From a virus (taxonomy: Duplodnaviria > Heunggongvirae > Uroviricota > Caudoviricetes), in IMG/VR virus record IMGVR_UViG_3300029740_000238: a stretch of 64,000 bases of DNA. One strand, 5' to 3'. A program made the translations under genes and the position numbers. Shown piece by piece: positions 1-10,440 of the stretch (position 1 is the first letter of the stretch; each line of letters starts with the position of its first letter). The notes beneath the pieces were generated by a model. The model did not search any database. It was given only the letters and a program-made list of their open reading frames with translations, and was not told the DNA's origin.

Positions 1-1563
1 CTTTTGGAGTCCCGTGGTTATAAGGTCAAGGTCTTTAACCTTATCAATCTGGACCTTTCTAATGCATGGGATTGTGTCCAGGAAATTTATGACCCGATTA
101 CCGGCAACATTGATGACCAGCGTGTGATTACCTTCTGTAAAACCGTTATTGCGAACACCGGCGGCGGTGCAAACAGTAAGGGTGACCCGTTCTGGGAAAG
201 CTCGGAAGAAAACTTGTTCCGCGTTGCTGTTTCCTATTGTGCGTATATCCGTGAAAAGAGCTTGATTGAGATTTATGAGCGCCGTGCAAAAGAGCTTTTG
301 ACTCAGCTGCCGTATATCACTCAGGAAGATGAGCAATCTCTGATTGAGATTGTAAAGAATCCGGAATCTGCAATGGTGGATAGACGCCGGGTTGTCGAAT
401 ACCTTGCTCATTCGTTCTACGGTGATGAGGAAGGGGACAGGAAACTCTCTGAATGGGAGGAGGATGCTCCGACCTGTAACATCTCTGATATCTATGACGC
501 TCTGCTTCACAACGACCTTGATAAGTGGGAAGCAAACTTCAAGTATGTACCGCTGAGCCATCCGGCCGCATCTGCATGGGCAGTGTTTAAGGGTATGGGT
601 GAGCGCGTACAGCCCAACATTGTTGGCGGCTTGAATACTCGACTCCAGCTGTTCATGACCTACAAGGTTCGCCGCGTTATCAGTAACGATGACATTCGCC
701 TGGCAAATCTTGGCGCGGAAAAAACCGCATTGTTCCTTATCATTTCCGATGATAACGCTTCTATGCAGCTGCTTTCCTCTCTGCTTTTGAGCTTCCTGTT
801 CAAAGACCTGAAAGAAGCTTTCGATGCAGTTGGTGGTGAAGGACGCATCCCGGTCAACGTTGTTGCGGACGAGTTGGCAAACACTGGCGTCTGGCCGAAC
901 TTTGAAAAGACGATTGCTACTGCACGCTCTCGTAAGATTGCAGTTTCCCTCATTTTGCAGAGTTTGCCGCAGTTGACTCAGTTGTACGGCGAGGAAAACG
1001 CCGAAACTATCATCGGCTGCTGCAATACGATGCTGGTTCTGGGCTGTAATGATAAGTATACAGCCGAATATATTTCCGATAAGAGCGGCATTGTTACGAT
1101 TCGCGCCAAGAGCGTCAGCGATACTCGTGCTTCCTCTGCCGGAAATCGCGGCGTGATGCAAGGGTATTCGCTCAGTGAAGGCGACGGCAAACGCAATCTT
1201 GTGAACCCTGATGAAGTTCAGCATTTGGACAAGGAACAGATTTTGATTATGACGAATGGCCAGAACATGTTGGAAGCCAAGCGCTTCGGATTTATTCATC
1301 ATCCTCTGTTCAATGACCCGCATTTTGTCCCCACCAAATGGGCAGAACTTCCGAAAACCGCAGACCTTTATCCCAATGCCCGGAAACACGACGCAATTGA
1401 ATCCCGTGAATCGTCGTTCGGTGATATCCAGCGCCAGAAAGAAATCAATACAGATATTACGCAGAAGCGTTCCGAAGAGCGCATGAAACCGCGTTTGTCC
1501 AAGAAAGATTTGCTGGCTACGGATGAACCTGCTCCCAAAAAGAAAAACGCATTCAAAAAATAA
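1..1563 (+). CDS. Type IV secretion coupling protein (VirD4/TraG family), C-terminal part; the 5' end lies outside the window
   Basis: The reading frame runs from window position 1 with no upstream stop. The conserved TraG/VirD4 C-terminal region is present (LFLIISDDNASMQ ... VADELANTGVWP ... ILQSLPQLTQLYG ... GCCNTMLVLGCND). Confidence 0.75.
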   Translation, partial: LLESRGYKVKVFNLINLDLSNAWDCVQEIYDPITGNIDDQRVITFCKTVIANTGGGANSKGDPFWESSEENLFRVAVSYCAYIREKSLIEIYERRAKELLTQLPYITQEDEQSLIEIVKNPESAMVDRRRVVEYLAHSFYGDEEGDRKLSEWEEDAPTCNISDIYDALLHNDLDKWEANFKYVPLSHPAASAWAVFKGMGERVQPNIVGGLNTRLQLFMTYKVRRVISNDDIRLANLGAEKTALFLIISDDNASMQLLSSLLLSFLFKDLKEAFDAVGGEGRIPVNVVADELANTGVWPNFEKTIATARSRKIAVSLILQSLPQLTQLYGEENAETIIGCCNTMLVLGCNDKYTAEYISDKSGIVTIRAKSVSDTRASSAGNRGVMQGYSLSEGDGKRNLVNPDEVQHLDKEQILIMTNGQNMLEAKRFGFIHHPLFNDPHFVPTKWAELPKTADLYPNARKHDAIESRESSFGDIQRQKEINTDITQKRSEERMKPRLSKKDLLATDEPAPKKKNAFKK

Positions 1564-1578
1564 ATAGTTTGTTCCTTA

Positions 1579-1618
1579 ACCCCTGGTTACTGATTGTGTG
1601 ACCGGGGTTTTTCTTTTT
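1579..1618 (+). terminator. Rho-independent terminator after the coupling-protein gene
   Basis: AACCCCTGGT ... ACCGGGGTT stem followed by TTTTTCTTTTT. Confidence 0.6.
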
Positions 1619-1765
1619 CCCTGATTCGCTCCATGCGGGTCAGGAACCACACAAATCGACAGCCTCCGCGCGGCGTGTGGTGGACAGTGCCCGAATCCTG
1701 CTACCGGGCAGCGACAAATGTCGATAATCTCATATTTCTTTTTTAATACAAAGGAGACAAATACC

Positions 1766-2902
1766 ATGAACGAAAATGAAATGCTGAATCCCACTGCCGT
1801 TGAAACCAATGAAGCTGCTGTCGCTGCTGCACCTGAAGAAAATGTAAACGCCGCGCCGGTATCTGAACCGCAGGAAGCGAAAGAGGCTACCGAAGCAGCT
1901 CCCGCCGATGAGGGCGTTGACGAAGAAGTCAATGAGGTTCCTCGTGCGACTCGCCGCTTCAATGATGATGACTTGGCGATTGGTGCTTTCATTGATGACG
2001 GCAACGATATGCTGCATGTCGATATGCCCGAAGACCGCCGCGCTCGTGACCTGGCTGAGATGCGCCGCTGCGTTGCTGACAACAAGCATGGCCCTCGACG
2101 CTTCCTGCAGGGCAAGGTCTTTGGCGTTCGCCCGGTTCAGAATGGCAGCGCTGTCGTTGAAGTGAGCCGTGGCACGCTGCGCGTCATGATTCCGGCAGAG
2201 GACTTCTTCTACTTCAGTCTGATGAAGGGCATTGAGGAGAACGATGCGACTACCCGGCAGCGCCGTTATCTGCGTAAGGCAAAGCTGATGAATGGCGCTA
2301 TCATCAACTTCTGCCCGTACATGGAAGCCAAGTCTGAGGATGGCGAGGTCGTATTCGCTGGCTCTCGTCAGGACGCTATGCAGCTCCAGCGCAACCGTCA
2401 CTTCTTTGGCCGTAATGCGGATGTTCAGAACGGCTCCCGCGCTATCGCTTCTATTCTGTCTAGTGGTCCGGATTACGTCATCGCTGAAGCTCTGGGCGTT
2501 GAGACCAGCATCGGTGCTGGTGCTCTGTCTGCTTACGAGTATATCGACGATGTATCCAAGAAGTTCCATGTCGGTGAAGGCATTCCCGTGGTCATCGAAG
2601 ACCTGAACGTGGATAACGAAAATGGCACTGTCAGCATGCGCATGAACCGCGCTATCCTGGAACGCCGCGCTAATCCCGCAATGAACATCCACAGCCTGGC
2701 TCGCAACGGCGCTTACGGTGCTACCGTGACTTCCGTTCAGGACAACTACTACCGCCTGATTGTGGATGTCGGCAACATTCAGGCTCGCGTTGCTCGTACC
2801 GCTTCCGATGAACTGCTGACTCGCGGCGACCGCGTGACGCTGCTTGTCTACGGTTACGACGATAAGCGCAACTACGTTTGGGGCGCTTGCCATAAGGCGT
2901 AA
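1766..2902 (+). CDS. Hypothetical protein (Ala/Glu-rich N-terminus)
   Basis: 378-aa ORF. ATG at 1766 is preceded by AAAGGAGAC. The earlier ATG at 1718 has no RBS. Confidence 0.6.
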   Translation: MNENEMLNPTAVETNEAAVAAAPEENVNAAPVSEPQEAKEATEAAPADEGVDEEVNEVPRATRRFNDDDLAIGAFIDDGNDMLHVDMPEDRRARDLAEMRRCVADNKHGPRRFLQGKVFGVRPVQNGSAVVEVSRGTLRVMIPAEDFFYFSLMKGIEENDATTRQRRYLRKAKLMNGAIINFCPYMEAKSEDGEVVFAGSRQDAMQLQRNRHFFGRNADVQNGSRAIASILSSGPDYVIAEALGVETSIGAGALSAYEYIDDVSKKFHVGEGIPVVIEDLNVDNENGTVSMRMNRAILERRANPAMNIHSLARNGAYGATVTSVQDNYYRLIVDVGNIQARVARTASDELLTRGDRVTLLVYGYDDKRNYVWGACHKA

Positions 2903-3058
2903 CTGAAACCCGGCCACTTACTTTTTCTGGCGAGTGGCCGGATACCGCGCATTGTCATCAGCCTTCTCGCGGCGCGTGGTGAGCAACTGCAAAAATTGCA
3001 GGCCAATGATGACTCTTGTTGAAAATGAATTTATTAAGTGGTGACGAGGTGATTTTTT

Positions 3059-3400
3059 GTGAGTAGGTGTGCGAATATGCGGTCGGGAATGTTTCATACG
3101 ACAATAAATGACACAGAAATTTTTGTTACGTGCAGTATAAATGGGCCATGCGTCAAACTGACGGTCTCTGCGTTCTTTGAAAGTGATTTATCTGATATGT
3201 GCAGTCAGATGCAGGCAATGAAAAGCGAGCCGGTTTTGCTTTCAATGGATGTCTATAAAAACGGTACAGTAGCAAACATCAGCGCTGTTGGATTATTGTC
3301 CAGAAAAGAAAAGGAAGACCAGAATATGCTGATGCAGCTATATCGTAATTGCTGCGCCGCAATGCTTGTATTGGCTCGGCAAAAGGGGGAAGAAGCATGA
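3059..3400 (+). CDS. Small hypothetical protein (possible)
   Basis: 113-aa ORF with a GTG start preceded by GACGAGGTGA. Its end overlaps the next gene start. No recognisable domain. Confidence 0.3.
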   Translation: MSRCANMRSGMFHTTINDTEIFVTCSINGPCVKLTVSAFFESDLSDMCSQMQAMKSEPVLLSMDVYKNGTVANISAVGLLSRKEKEDQNMLMQLYRNCCAAMLVLARQKGEEA

Positions 3401-4734
3401 GTAAAGAAGAGCAGAAGCCAAATATTTATCAAATCCCCAAAAACTCGTTTGATACCGGGTATGTGTTGAACGGACAATTCAAAACTCGAAACTTCGTTGA
3501 AGGTATCATCCTGGCACTACCGTTCTTGGGAATTTTCATTTATGGATGGCATGATTTGGGATGGGATGTACAAAGTACCGTGGCCTATTGCGCAATACTC
3601 TGTGCTGCTGCTTTCCTTGGTGCAGCTCATGGTGTTGGCGGCGATAGCTTGTTTGAGTTTATTCAACGTGTTATCCGTTTCCGGCAAAGTCGCAGAATCT
3701 CAAAATACAATCCTCGTATCAAAACCGAACTTGAACCGGAATATCTGATTCATGACGGGCGGATGCTCCCGAAAGACAAGCTCAAGCAAATGCTTGGCAC
3801 TGTAAAGGGAAAAGTTCTTGGTGAAGAGAACGGTCCTATCAGTTCCGACATTACAGATGAAGAGCTCAAGGTCTTCTACGATGATGACTATGGGTTCCTG
3901 GAAAAACCGGATGCCCTCAAATCTAAAGCAGAACTCCGTGCTGAAGCAAAACAGCGTGCGAAAGAAGAGAAGGAATACATTAACTCTTTGCCCCGTTCTG
4001 AACGCAAGGCTGCCAGAGAAGAAATCAAGCGTAAGCGTGAACAGGAAGAGGCTGAGAAGAAGGCAAAAGAAGCAGAGCGCGAACGCATTATTAACGAAGC
4101 TATTAAGAAGCGTCTGGATAAAGCCGAGCGTGTTAAGACCGCACAGTATTACGAGAAGTTCATGGACCCCGACAATGAGCAGGAAAATGACAAGCCGGAA
4201 GAGAATAACGCTGAACTGAATCCTCAGGCTGTAGAGTTCAAGCCCGTCGCTGTAGGGCCGAGCAATAATGCGGTTCAGGATGATGTCGATATCTTTGACA
4301 GTGAAGAAAGCATCGACACCGATGAAGTAGAAGCGAATGTGGAAGCAGATGCGGATACAGAGCTGTTTGAGGACGGCACTGATACCGATATCCAAGCCCC
4401 GCAGATTGATGATGTAGTCTTTGACGATGAAACGGAAGTACTTGACGTCGATGAGGACTTGGATGACTTGTCGGTTGATATCCAGGATACTCAGTCTGCA
4501 CAGCCCGCAAAGCAGGGCAGGGGACAAGTCGTGAACAGCGATGACGATGCCAGCTTGGATGATGTAGACCTTTTCGATGACAGCACGGTCAGCCGCACAG
4601 AGGAAAGACCTCAGAACGTCAAAACCTCTGGAAAGACGATGGGCTCGCAAAAGCAGCCGCAAACCACACAGAACAACAGCGATATTGATTATATGTCCTT
4701 GAATGACATTTCTATCTTTGATAGTGAGGAGTGA
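3397..4734 (+). CDS. Conjugal-transfer membrane protein (TcpE/PrgI/VirB3-like) with a long acidic low-complexity C-terminal tail
   Basis: ATG at 3397 follows AAAAGGGGGAAG. Two hydrophobic helices sit near the N-terminus. The gene lies immediately upstream of the VirB4-like gene. The C-terminal ~200 aa are rich in Asp and Glu. Confidence 0.6.
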   Translation: MSKEEQKPNIYQIPKNSFDTGYVLNGQFKTRNFVEGIILALPFLGIFIYGWHDLGWDVQSTVAYCAILCAAAFLGAAHGVGGDSLFEFIQRVIRFRQSRRISKYNPRIKTELEPEYLIHDGRMLPKDKLKQMLGTVKGKVLGEENGPISSDITDEELKVFYDDDYGFLEKPDALKSKAELRAEAKQRAKEEKEYINSLPRSERKAAREEIKRKREQEEAEKKAKEAERERIINEAIKKRLDKAERVKTAQYYEKFMDPDNEQENDKPEENNAELNPQAVEFKPVAVGPSNNAVQDDVDIFDSEESIDTDEVEANVEADADTELFEDGTDTDIQAPQIDDVVFDDETEVLDVDEDLDDLSVDIQDTQSAQPAKQGRGQVVNSDDDASLDDVDLFDDSTVSRTEERPQNVKTSGKTMGSQKQPQTTQNNSDIDYMSLNDISIFDSEE

Positions 4735-4739
4735 AGCCT

Positions 4740-7400
4740 ATGTTTCGATTCAAAAATGGCGGAGAAATCCCCCACGGTGTTGTGGAACAGAGTATCGGTA
4801 CAATCCCGCTGACGAAAAAGGAACGCGATGAAATCGCCAAAGAAGAGCGGCGGCGGATGAATCAAAAGCTGGAAGCTCAGAATGAGCGCTATCAAATCAT
4901 TCGAAGCACACAGCGTATCATCCCTATTGAGGATATTTACGGCGGCATTGTTGTGACAAAGGACCACCGATATATCAAAATCATGGAATTTCGCCCTATC
5001 AACTTTGCCTATATGGACGCGGAAACTCAAAACCGTATTATTTCGCTTTTCTATCAAACGTTCAAAGCAACTCCCTGCAATATCCAGTTCAAAACCTTTT
5101 CTCGTAAAGCTGATGTCGAGAATTCAATCGCGACCGTGACGGACTATTACAAAGCAGAAAAGAATCCGAGTCGTAAGCGAATGTTGCAGGCATACATCGG
5201 ATTGCTTCGTAAGACGGCTTTGTCCGTTGGTATTACCCGTCGCTTCTTTGTGGTCGTAGAATTCCAGCGCACTATCAGCAACGATGGTTCTAAATTTGAA
5301 ATGGTTGTGGCCGACTTGAATGCCGTTGCGGCAAACGTCCGCTCTCACATGGAACAGTGTGGTAATATCTTTATTCCTGCACTTGGTAACCCTGACGGAA
5401 ACGAGGACGCAGGTCTACACCAGCTTTTTTACCAGCTCTTGAACCGTAGAAAAAGCGAGACCATCACGTTCAAGCAGCATATGGACCCCATTGTTGACCG
5501 TTATTTTGAAGCCGAAAAGAATGGCGTTAAGACGTCTTTGCAGGCAACGGAACTGATTGCTCCGGACTGGATTGACTTTACGCATCACGATTACATTGTC
5601 ATTGATGGCAAGTTTTATACTTTCGCTTACATTCCCTCGAACGGGTTCAGCCAGCGTGTCTATGCGGGCTGGGTGGCTACGTTCGTAAATGCTGGTGAAG
5701 GCATTGACGTCGATATGTTCTTTGAGCACATGTCCCGTGAAGCTGTCTTCAATAAAATCAGTACACAGCTTCGTCTGAGCCGTGCAAACGCCATGGACAG
5801 TCACGATACTGACTCTGACTATCAGGCGCGTATGGAAAAAATTTCGTCCAGTGAATATATGCTGCGCGGCCTTTCCAGCGGCGAAGAGTTCTATTACCTG
5901 TCAATGCTCATCACTATTGTGGCAGATACAAAGAAGGAACTCGATTATAAGTTCGATGCTTTGAAAAAGCGTATCGAAGGTCAGAGCATGAAGATTCGCC
6001 GTGCGGATTTCATGATGGAAGAATGCTTCGATTCCTGCCTGCTTCCTCTTGCGAAAATCAATAAGGAGCTGGCAAAGAAATCTCATCGCAATCTTCTGAC
6101 TTCGGGTGTTGCATCCTGCTATCCGTTCATCTCGTTTGAAATGCAGGACCCGGGCGGCGTTATGGTCGGGACAAATCATGTCAACAACTCTCTGGTCACC
6201 ATCGATATGTTTGATACCCGCGCTCATGCAAACGCAAACGCCGTTATCTTGGGCTCTTCCGGTTACGGCAAGACTTTCACCGCACAGCTGTTCGCACTAC
6301 GCTTGTCTGAGATGGACACGCAGGTGTTTATCATCTCTCCTCTGAAAGGTTTGGAGGACTACGGCGGCGGTTGTAAGGCAGTCAATGGTCAGTTCGTCTC
6401 CATGGACCCCTCTTCGGACAACAACATCAACATCATGGACATTCGCGCTCCTGACGATGAGGACGCAAAACTGCTGGATGATTATGAGGCTTCCGGCTCC
6501 TTCTTGACCAAAAAGATTCATACGATTCTTTCGTTCCTGCACCTGGTTGTTCGCAATATGACGCAGGAAGAAGAGCAGCTGATTGACGGCTGCCTGTATG
6601 CGACATACGCAAAGTTCGGCATCACCCGTGATAACAACTCTATCTACGATAAAGATGGCAACTATAAGGTGATGCCGCTGCTGGAAGATTTGCAGGAAGA
6701 AATGAGAAAAAACCCTGAACTGCATACCGTCTGCAACATCTTGAATCCGCTAATTAACGGTTCTATGGCTTGCTTCAATCACCACACCAACGTGGACCTT
6801 GACTCCAAGTACATCGTATTTGACTTCAATGGCATGAAAGGCTCTTTGCTTACCATGTCTATGTTCGTGGTTCTGGACTTTGTCTGGACGAAAATCAAAG
6901 AGGACCGTACACAGCGCAAAGCCGTATTTATTGACGAATGCTGGAAATTGATTGGCACTGACTCTAACGAGCAGGCAGCTGAAGACGTTGTAGAAATCTT
7001 CCGTACGATTCGTGCTTATGGCGGTTCCGCTTTTGCTATGACTCAGGATATTTCTCAGTTCTACGAATACAAGGGCGGCAAATACGGCAAGGCAATTATT
7101 GGTAACGCCGATACCAAAATCATCATGCACCTGATTCCGTCCGAAGCAAAAGCCCTTCAGGAAGCCATTCAGCTGACCAGCGTTGAGATGGAAGCGGTAT
7201 CCAGTCTGCCGCGTGGTCAAGGTCTGGTTTGCTCTGCATCCGCAAAACTGTTCGTCGATTTTGTGGCCGATGACTATGAAGCCAAGGAAATCACAACCGA
7301 TGCTAAGTCCTTCTACGAACGCCGCAAGGCTTTGGAAAAGAAAAAGCGGGAAGAAGAAGAGAAGGCGGCGGAAAATACCGTCATTGATGTTGAAATGTGA
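4740..7400 (+). CDS. VirB4/TrsE/TcpF-family conjugative transfer ATPase
   Basis: Walker A GSSGYGKT and Walker B VFIDECWKL are present. The protein is ~880 aa. GAGGAG lies 9 nt upstream of the ATG at 4740. Confidence 0.9.
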   Translation: MFRFKNGGEIPHGVVEQSIGTIPLTKKERDEIAKEERRRMNQKLEAQNERYQIIRSTQRIIPIEDIYGGIVVTKDHRYIKIMEFRPINFAYMDAETQNRIISLFYQTFKATPCNIQFKTFSRKADVENSIATVTDYYKAEKNPSRKRMLQAYIGLLRKTALSVGITRRFFVVVEFQRTISNDGSKFEMVVADLNAVAANVRSHMEQCGNIFIPALGNPDGNEDAGLHQLFYQLLNRRKSETITFKQHMDPIVDRYFEAEKNGVKTSLQATELIAPDWIDFTHHDYIVIDGKFYTFAYIPSNGFSQRVYAGWVATFVNAGEGIDVDMFFEHMSREAVFNKISTQLRLSRANAMDSHDTDSDYQARMEKISSSEYMLRGLSSGEEFYYLSMLITIVADTKKELDYKFDALKKRIEGQSMKIRRADFMMEECFDSCLLPLAKINKELAKKSHRNLLTSGVASCYPFISFEMQDPGGVMVGTNHVNNSLVTIDMFDTRAHANANAVILGSSGYGKTFTAQLFALRLSEMDTQVFIISPLKGLEDYGGGCKAVNGQFVSMDPSSDNNINIMDIRAPDDEDAKLLDDYEASGSFLTKKIHTILSFLHLVVRNMTQEEEQLIDGCLYATYAKFGITRDNNSIYDKDGNYKVMPLLEDLQEEMRKNPELHTVCNILNPLINGSMACFNHHTNVDLDSKYIVFDFNGMKGSLLTMSMFVVLDFVWTKIKEDRTQRKAVFIDECWKLIGTDSNEQAAEDVVEIFRTIRAYGGSAFAMTQDISQFYEYKGGKYGKAIIGNADTKIIMHLIPSEAKALQEAIQLTSVEMEAVSSLPRGQGLVCSASAKLFVDFVADDYEAKEITTDAKSFYERRKALEKKKREEEEKAAENTVIDVEM

Positions 7401-7654
7401 TATTTGAAACGTCAAAATGAGGCGAAGGAGCGCTGATTATTATAAAGAATGATACATTTTGAGTAAAGCTGTGAATGTACACGTTAAAATGTGTTCATTT
7501 TTCACTTTCAAAATGTGTCATTCTTTTTCTTTTATCCATAAAAAGGCACAATTCAATTTCACGTAAGCACAACGCTAATGCGTTTAATTTATGGTTCACA
7601 AACGGCAAAAGAACACATTGGTTCATTTTGCTAGAAATGAAAGGAGACATTTAT

Positions 7655-8245
7655 ATGTCTGAGATTCACAATTCCGATATCCGCGAACTGCTGGATGCTA
7701 TCCCCGTTATTCCCAATGAACTGATGGCCGAGTATCTCACTCGTCAATATCAGGTCAGCAAAAACATGGCACAGGAAATCATTTACAACGCCTGCCGTAA
7801 AGGCTCCAACCGCCGTCCGGCTTGCTATCCTACCAAAGAAGGGTTGGCGAAAGCCGATTACATCACGATGACGAGCAGTATCCGCAAGCGCTGCCGTGCT
7901 TTCCGCGTTGCATGTGAATTTTTGCCGGAGAGTCGTAATTTTACGATTCCCAGCGGCACTCCCTGGCTGTTGAGCTTCTGCTTCGATGGCAGTGTCTACT
8001 ATGTTTGTGAATTTGAACGTGGCAACGAACTTATTTTGGGAGACACGATTCGGAGCCTTGGCATTCGTGAGGATATGATGCCGGTCACTTCCCGTATCGC
8101 AATCCTGGCCCCCGGCGCAAATCGAAAGCTTCTGAGTGAATGCGGGATTCGTTATTTCTGCATGGTCAGCGACAACTATGACCTGAATGTGACGGAACAA
8201 ATTGACGACGAGGATGTTTGGAATGGCGTTCCCATCATTAAATGA
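7655..8245 (+). CDS. Hypothetical protein
   Basis: ATG at 7655 is preceded by GAAAGGAGAC. The gene lies downstream of an AT-rich direct-repeat region. Confidence 0.55.
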   Translation: MSEIHNSDIRELLDAIPVIPNELMAEYLTRQYQVSKNMAQEIIYNACRKGSNRRPACYPTKEGLAKADYITMTSSIRKRCRAFRVACEFLPESRNFTIPSGTPWLLSFCFDGSVYYVCEFERGNELILGDTIRSLGIREDMMPVTSRIAILAPGANRKLLSECGIRYFCMVSDNYDLNVTEQIDDEDVWNGVPIIK

Positions 8246-8990
8246 TTATAAACGTTGCATCGACAAAAGCAATGTCAAACGCAACGCCGGTGATGATGCC
8301 CCTGAAGCCGAATATCAAGCCCCGGTTTTGTACAATGCATCGACAAAGTTCGTAAAAAGCAAGCTCCAAAAGGCAGTGGATGCTTTGAAATCGGTTCCGG
8401 ATGATGTTCCCTTGAAAAAGCTGCCGGATTCCATTCGTAATGATGTCTCGATTGAGATTCTTAAAGCCGAACGGTCAATTCTTGTCTCATTTGAGAGTGA
8501 TGAAGCCCCTGCACCGTATCAGCAAAAAAACATTGCAACGTCAATTCCAAACGATTTCTGTATGGTTTCTATCCCTCAAAATGGCTTTCTCAAGCTCCGG
8601 TTTTCTTCCTTTTTGCCGCCTTTTCAGCATGAGTGGTACAGCCGCAAGGCAAAGGCGAAAGACGCTGTTGGGCAGTATTATCTTGATGCCGAATTCGATT
8701 ACATCACGGAGGCTGCTATCAAGGCATTTATCGCTCAAAATGGGCCAATCAACCTGCCTTCCGAACAGCTTTTTCTTGTGTTTTGTCGCGGCGTTTCACC
8801 CACGAAAAAGACCCCGATTGACAGCAACAATGTCTATACGGGAGCCATCACAAATGCCATTTGCAGGGTGCTCCAACACGGTGATGGATGGGATATGATG
8901 AGCTTCCTTTACACTGCAATTCCGACCGAATATGACCCGTATTTGGAAGTGATTCTTTGCTCAAAAGCCGACCTCTTCCATTGGCTTTAA
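8223..8990 (+). CDS. Hypothetical protein
   Basis: ORF 8202..8990. ATG at 8223 has GAGGATG about 8 nt upstream. The start is uncertain (8202, 8214 or 8223). Confidence 0.5.
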   Translation: MAFPSLNDYKRCIDKSNVKRNAGDDAPEAEYQAPVLYNASTKFVKSKLQKAVDALKSVPDDVPLKKLPDSIRNDVSIEILKAERSILVSFESDEAPAPYQQKNIATSIPNDFCMVSIPQNGFLKLRFSSFLPPFQHEWYSRKAKAKDAVGQYYLDAEFDYITEAAIKAFIAQNGPINLPSEQLFLVFCRGVSPTKKTPIDSNNVYTGAITNAICRVLQHGDGWDMMSFLYTAIPTEYDPYLEVILCSKADLFHWL

Positions 8991-9020
8991 CGTAGTCCGG
9001 TAGTAACATTTTAAGGGATA

Positions 9021-9083
9021 TAAAAGAGTAACATTTTTAGGTGTCATATTTTCGTTCCCTAGAAATGTTACTCTTTCTTTTTG
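9021..9083 (+). terminator. Long inverted repeat AGAGTAACATTT ... AAATGTTACTCT followed by a T-run; terminator and/or operator
   Basis: A perfect 12-bp inverted repeat with a 26-nt spacer is followed by CTTTCTTTTTG. A third direct copy, GTAGTAACATTTT, sits at 9010. Confidence 0.5.
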
Positions 9084-9162
9084 ATTTTACGCGGTACGAT
9101 ATGAATTTCAGCCCTGCGATTCATATGAGGTACGGAATCGAACGGACAACTTTGGTGGTACT

Positions 9163-10440
9163 ATGACGAACGAACAAAAGCTTCTCGTATATCTCTATGG
9201 CGTTGATTCTATCCAGCACAAGCAGCTTGCCATTGCTCTCTCTGACATCCCATATCAATGCGTTACCAAAGCTCTGAGAGCGGCCAAAAAGCATGGGTAT
9301 GTTGAGGTCTTTATGAGAGATGAATCGCGGTATGTGCGTATCTCTCCGGACGGTCTGAAATACATTCGAAGCACTCAAAAAGACGCTCTGGATGTAGACA
9401 AGCGGGCGGCTATGAAGCGGCGAATCAAAGGCGAACAAGGACGGCTCACCAGGGTGGAAACGACACTCTGTATGTGCCGAGCAGCGGGAATTCAACCTGC
9501 CAAGGAAGCTGGAATCAAGCTGATTGATGTTCTTAATTCTGAACAGGATGCGTCCCAATCCTTCATGAGCGACTTCTTCTATGACAAAGGGCTTCTTTTC
9601 CTGTCCGATGAAATCTCTGCAACTATCAAGACGAGCACCACAATGGGCGAGGAGTACACGCTCGGTCAAAGCCGTCTGGTAGGTATCGTAATCAACCGCA
9701 CAGGCATTTCTTTTCTCTACTGTACGCTCGATAAGCTGATGCGATGGGTTGTGTCTTACGAACAGCGGCGTGTAAGTGCAGTGATGGAACTCTTGAAATC
9801 CAGCTCACTTGCGGCAACGGACGAGGACTTCGCAACAATCTGCAATATGTCTCCTAAGTGCATCGTTATCGGCAAGACCTGCGCCATAGTTCCAAAAATC
9901 ATTACTGGCGATAAGTATGGCAAAGCAATCGACAGCACTGATATTATCAAAATCCATAACGCAACAAGGCTCTTAACGCTCACGAATCTCGAACAAGTCT
10001 ACAAGTACAGCTATTTCGTTCCAACAAGTTCTATCGGCGTGGAACTTCTTACTCGAACAGCAGCTTTAACACGAAATGAACTCAATGAAATGATTTCCGT
10101 GTGGCTGGATGAGATGGCTGAAAGCCATACAACCGTTACTACTGGGCGATATGTTGAAGCATACATCAATGAACAGAAATGCAAAACCATAACGCTGCCG
10201 GTCATTGAGTTTGAAGAACTCGAATATCAAAAAAACGGACGAGTGCCTTATCATGTCGTTTGTGAGCGAGGAATGCAAGACGGTATCAGCCGGGCACTAG
10301 GAAGCAAAGTTCTCGATTTCAAGGATTTTGACAACATCCCAATGCCAGCACATAAATACGACGACGACGGAATTCGCCGCGATGGGATTAACCCATTGAC
10401 GCATAATGGATACAATGAAGAGGAGATGGATGACCAATGA
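9163..10440 (+). CDS. Hypothetical protein
   Basis: 425-aa ORF. No domain recognised. Confidence 0.55.
   Translation: MTNEQKLLVYLYGVDSIQHKQLAIALSDIPYQCVTKALRAAKKHGYVEVFMRDESRYVRISPDGLKYIRSTQKDALDVDKRAAMKRRIKGEQGRLTRVETTLCMCRAAGIQPAKEAGIKLIDVLNSEQDASQSFMSDFFYDKGLLFLSDEISATIKTSTTMGEEYTLGQSRLVGIVINRTGISFLYCTLDKLMRWVVSYEQRRVSAVMELLKSSSLAATDEDFATICNMSPKCIVIGKTCAIVPKIITGDKYGKAIDSTDIIKIHNATRLLTLTNLEQVYKYSYFVPTSSIGVELLTRTAALTRNELNEMISVWLDEMAESHTTVTTGRYVEAYINEQKCKTITLPVIEFEELEYQKNGRVPYHVVCERGMQDGISRALGSKVLDFKDFDNIPMPAHKYDDDGIRRDGINPLTHNGYNEEEMDDQ

Noticed and set aside
1730-2917. 395-aa minus-strand ORF antisense to the 1766-2902 gene.
   Set aside because: It fully overlaps a plus-strand gene that has a good RBS and operon context. 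It has no RBS itself, and its composition is that of a mirror frame of a GC-skewed coding region.
3700-4662. 320-aa minus-strand ORF inside the TcpE-like gene.
   Set aside because: It is antisense to the acidic-tail coding region, where Asp/Glu codon repeats generate long open mirror frames.
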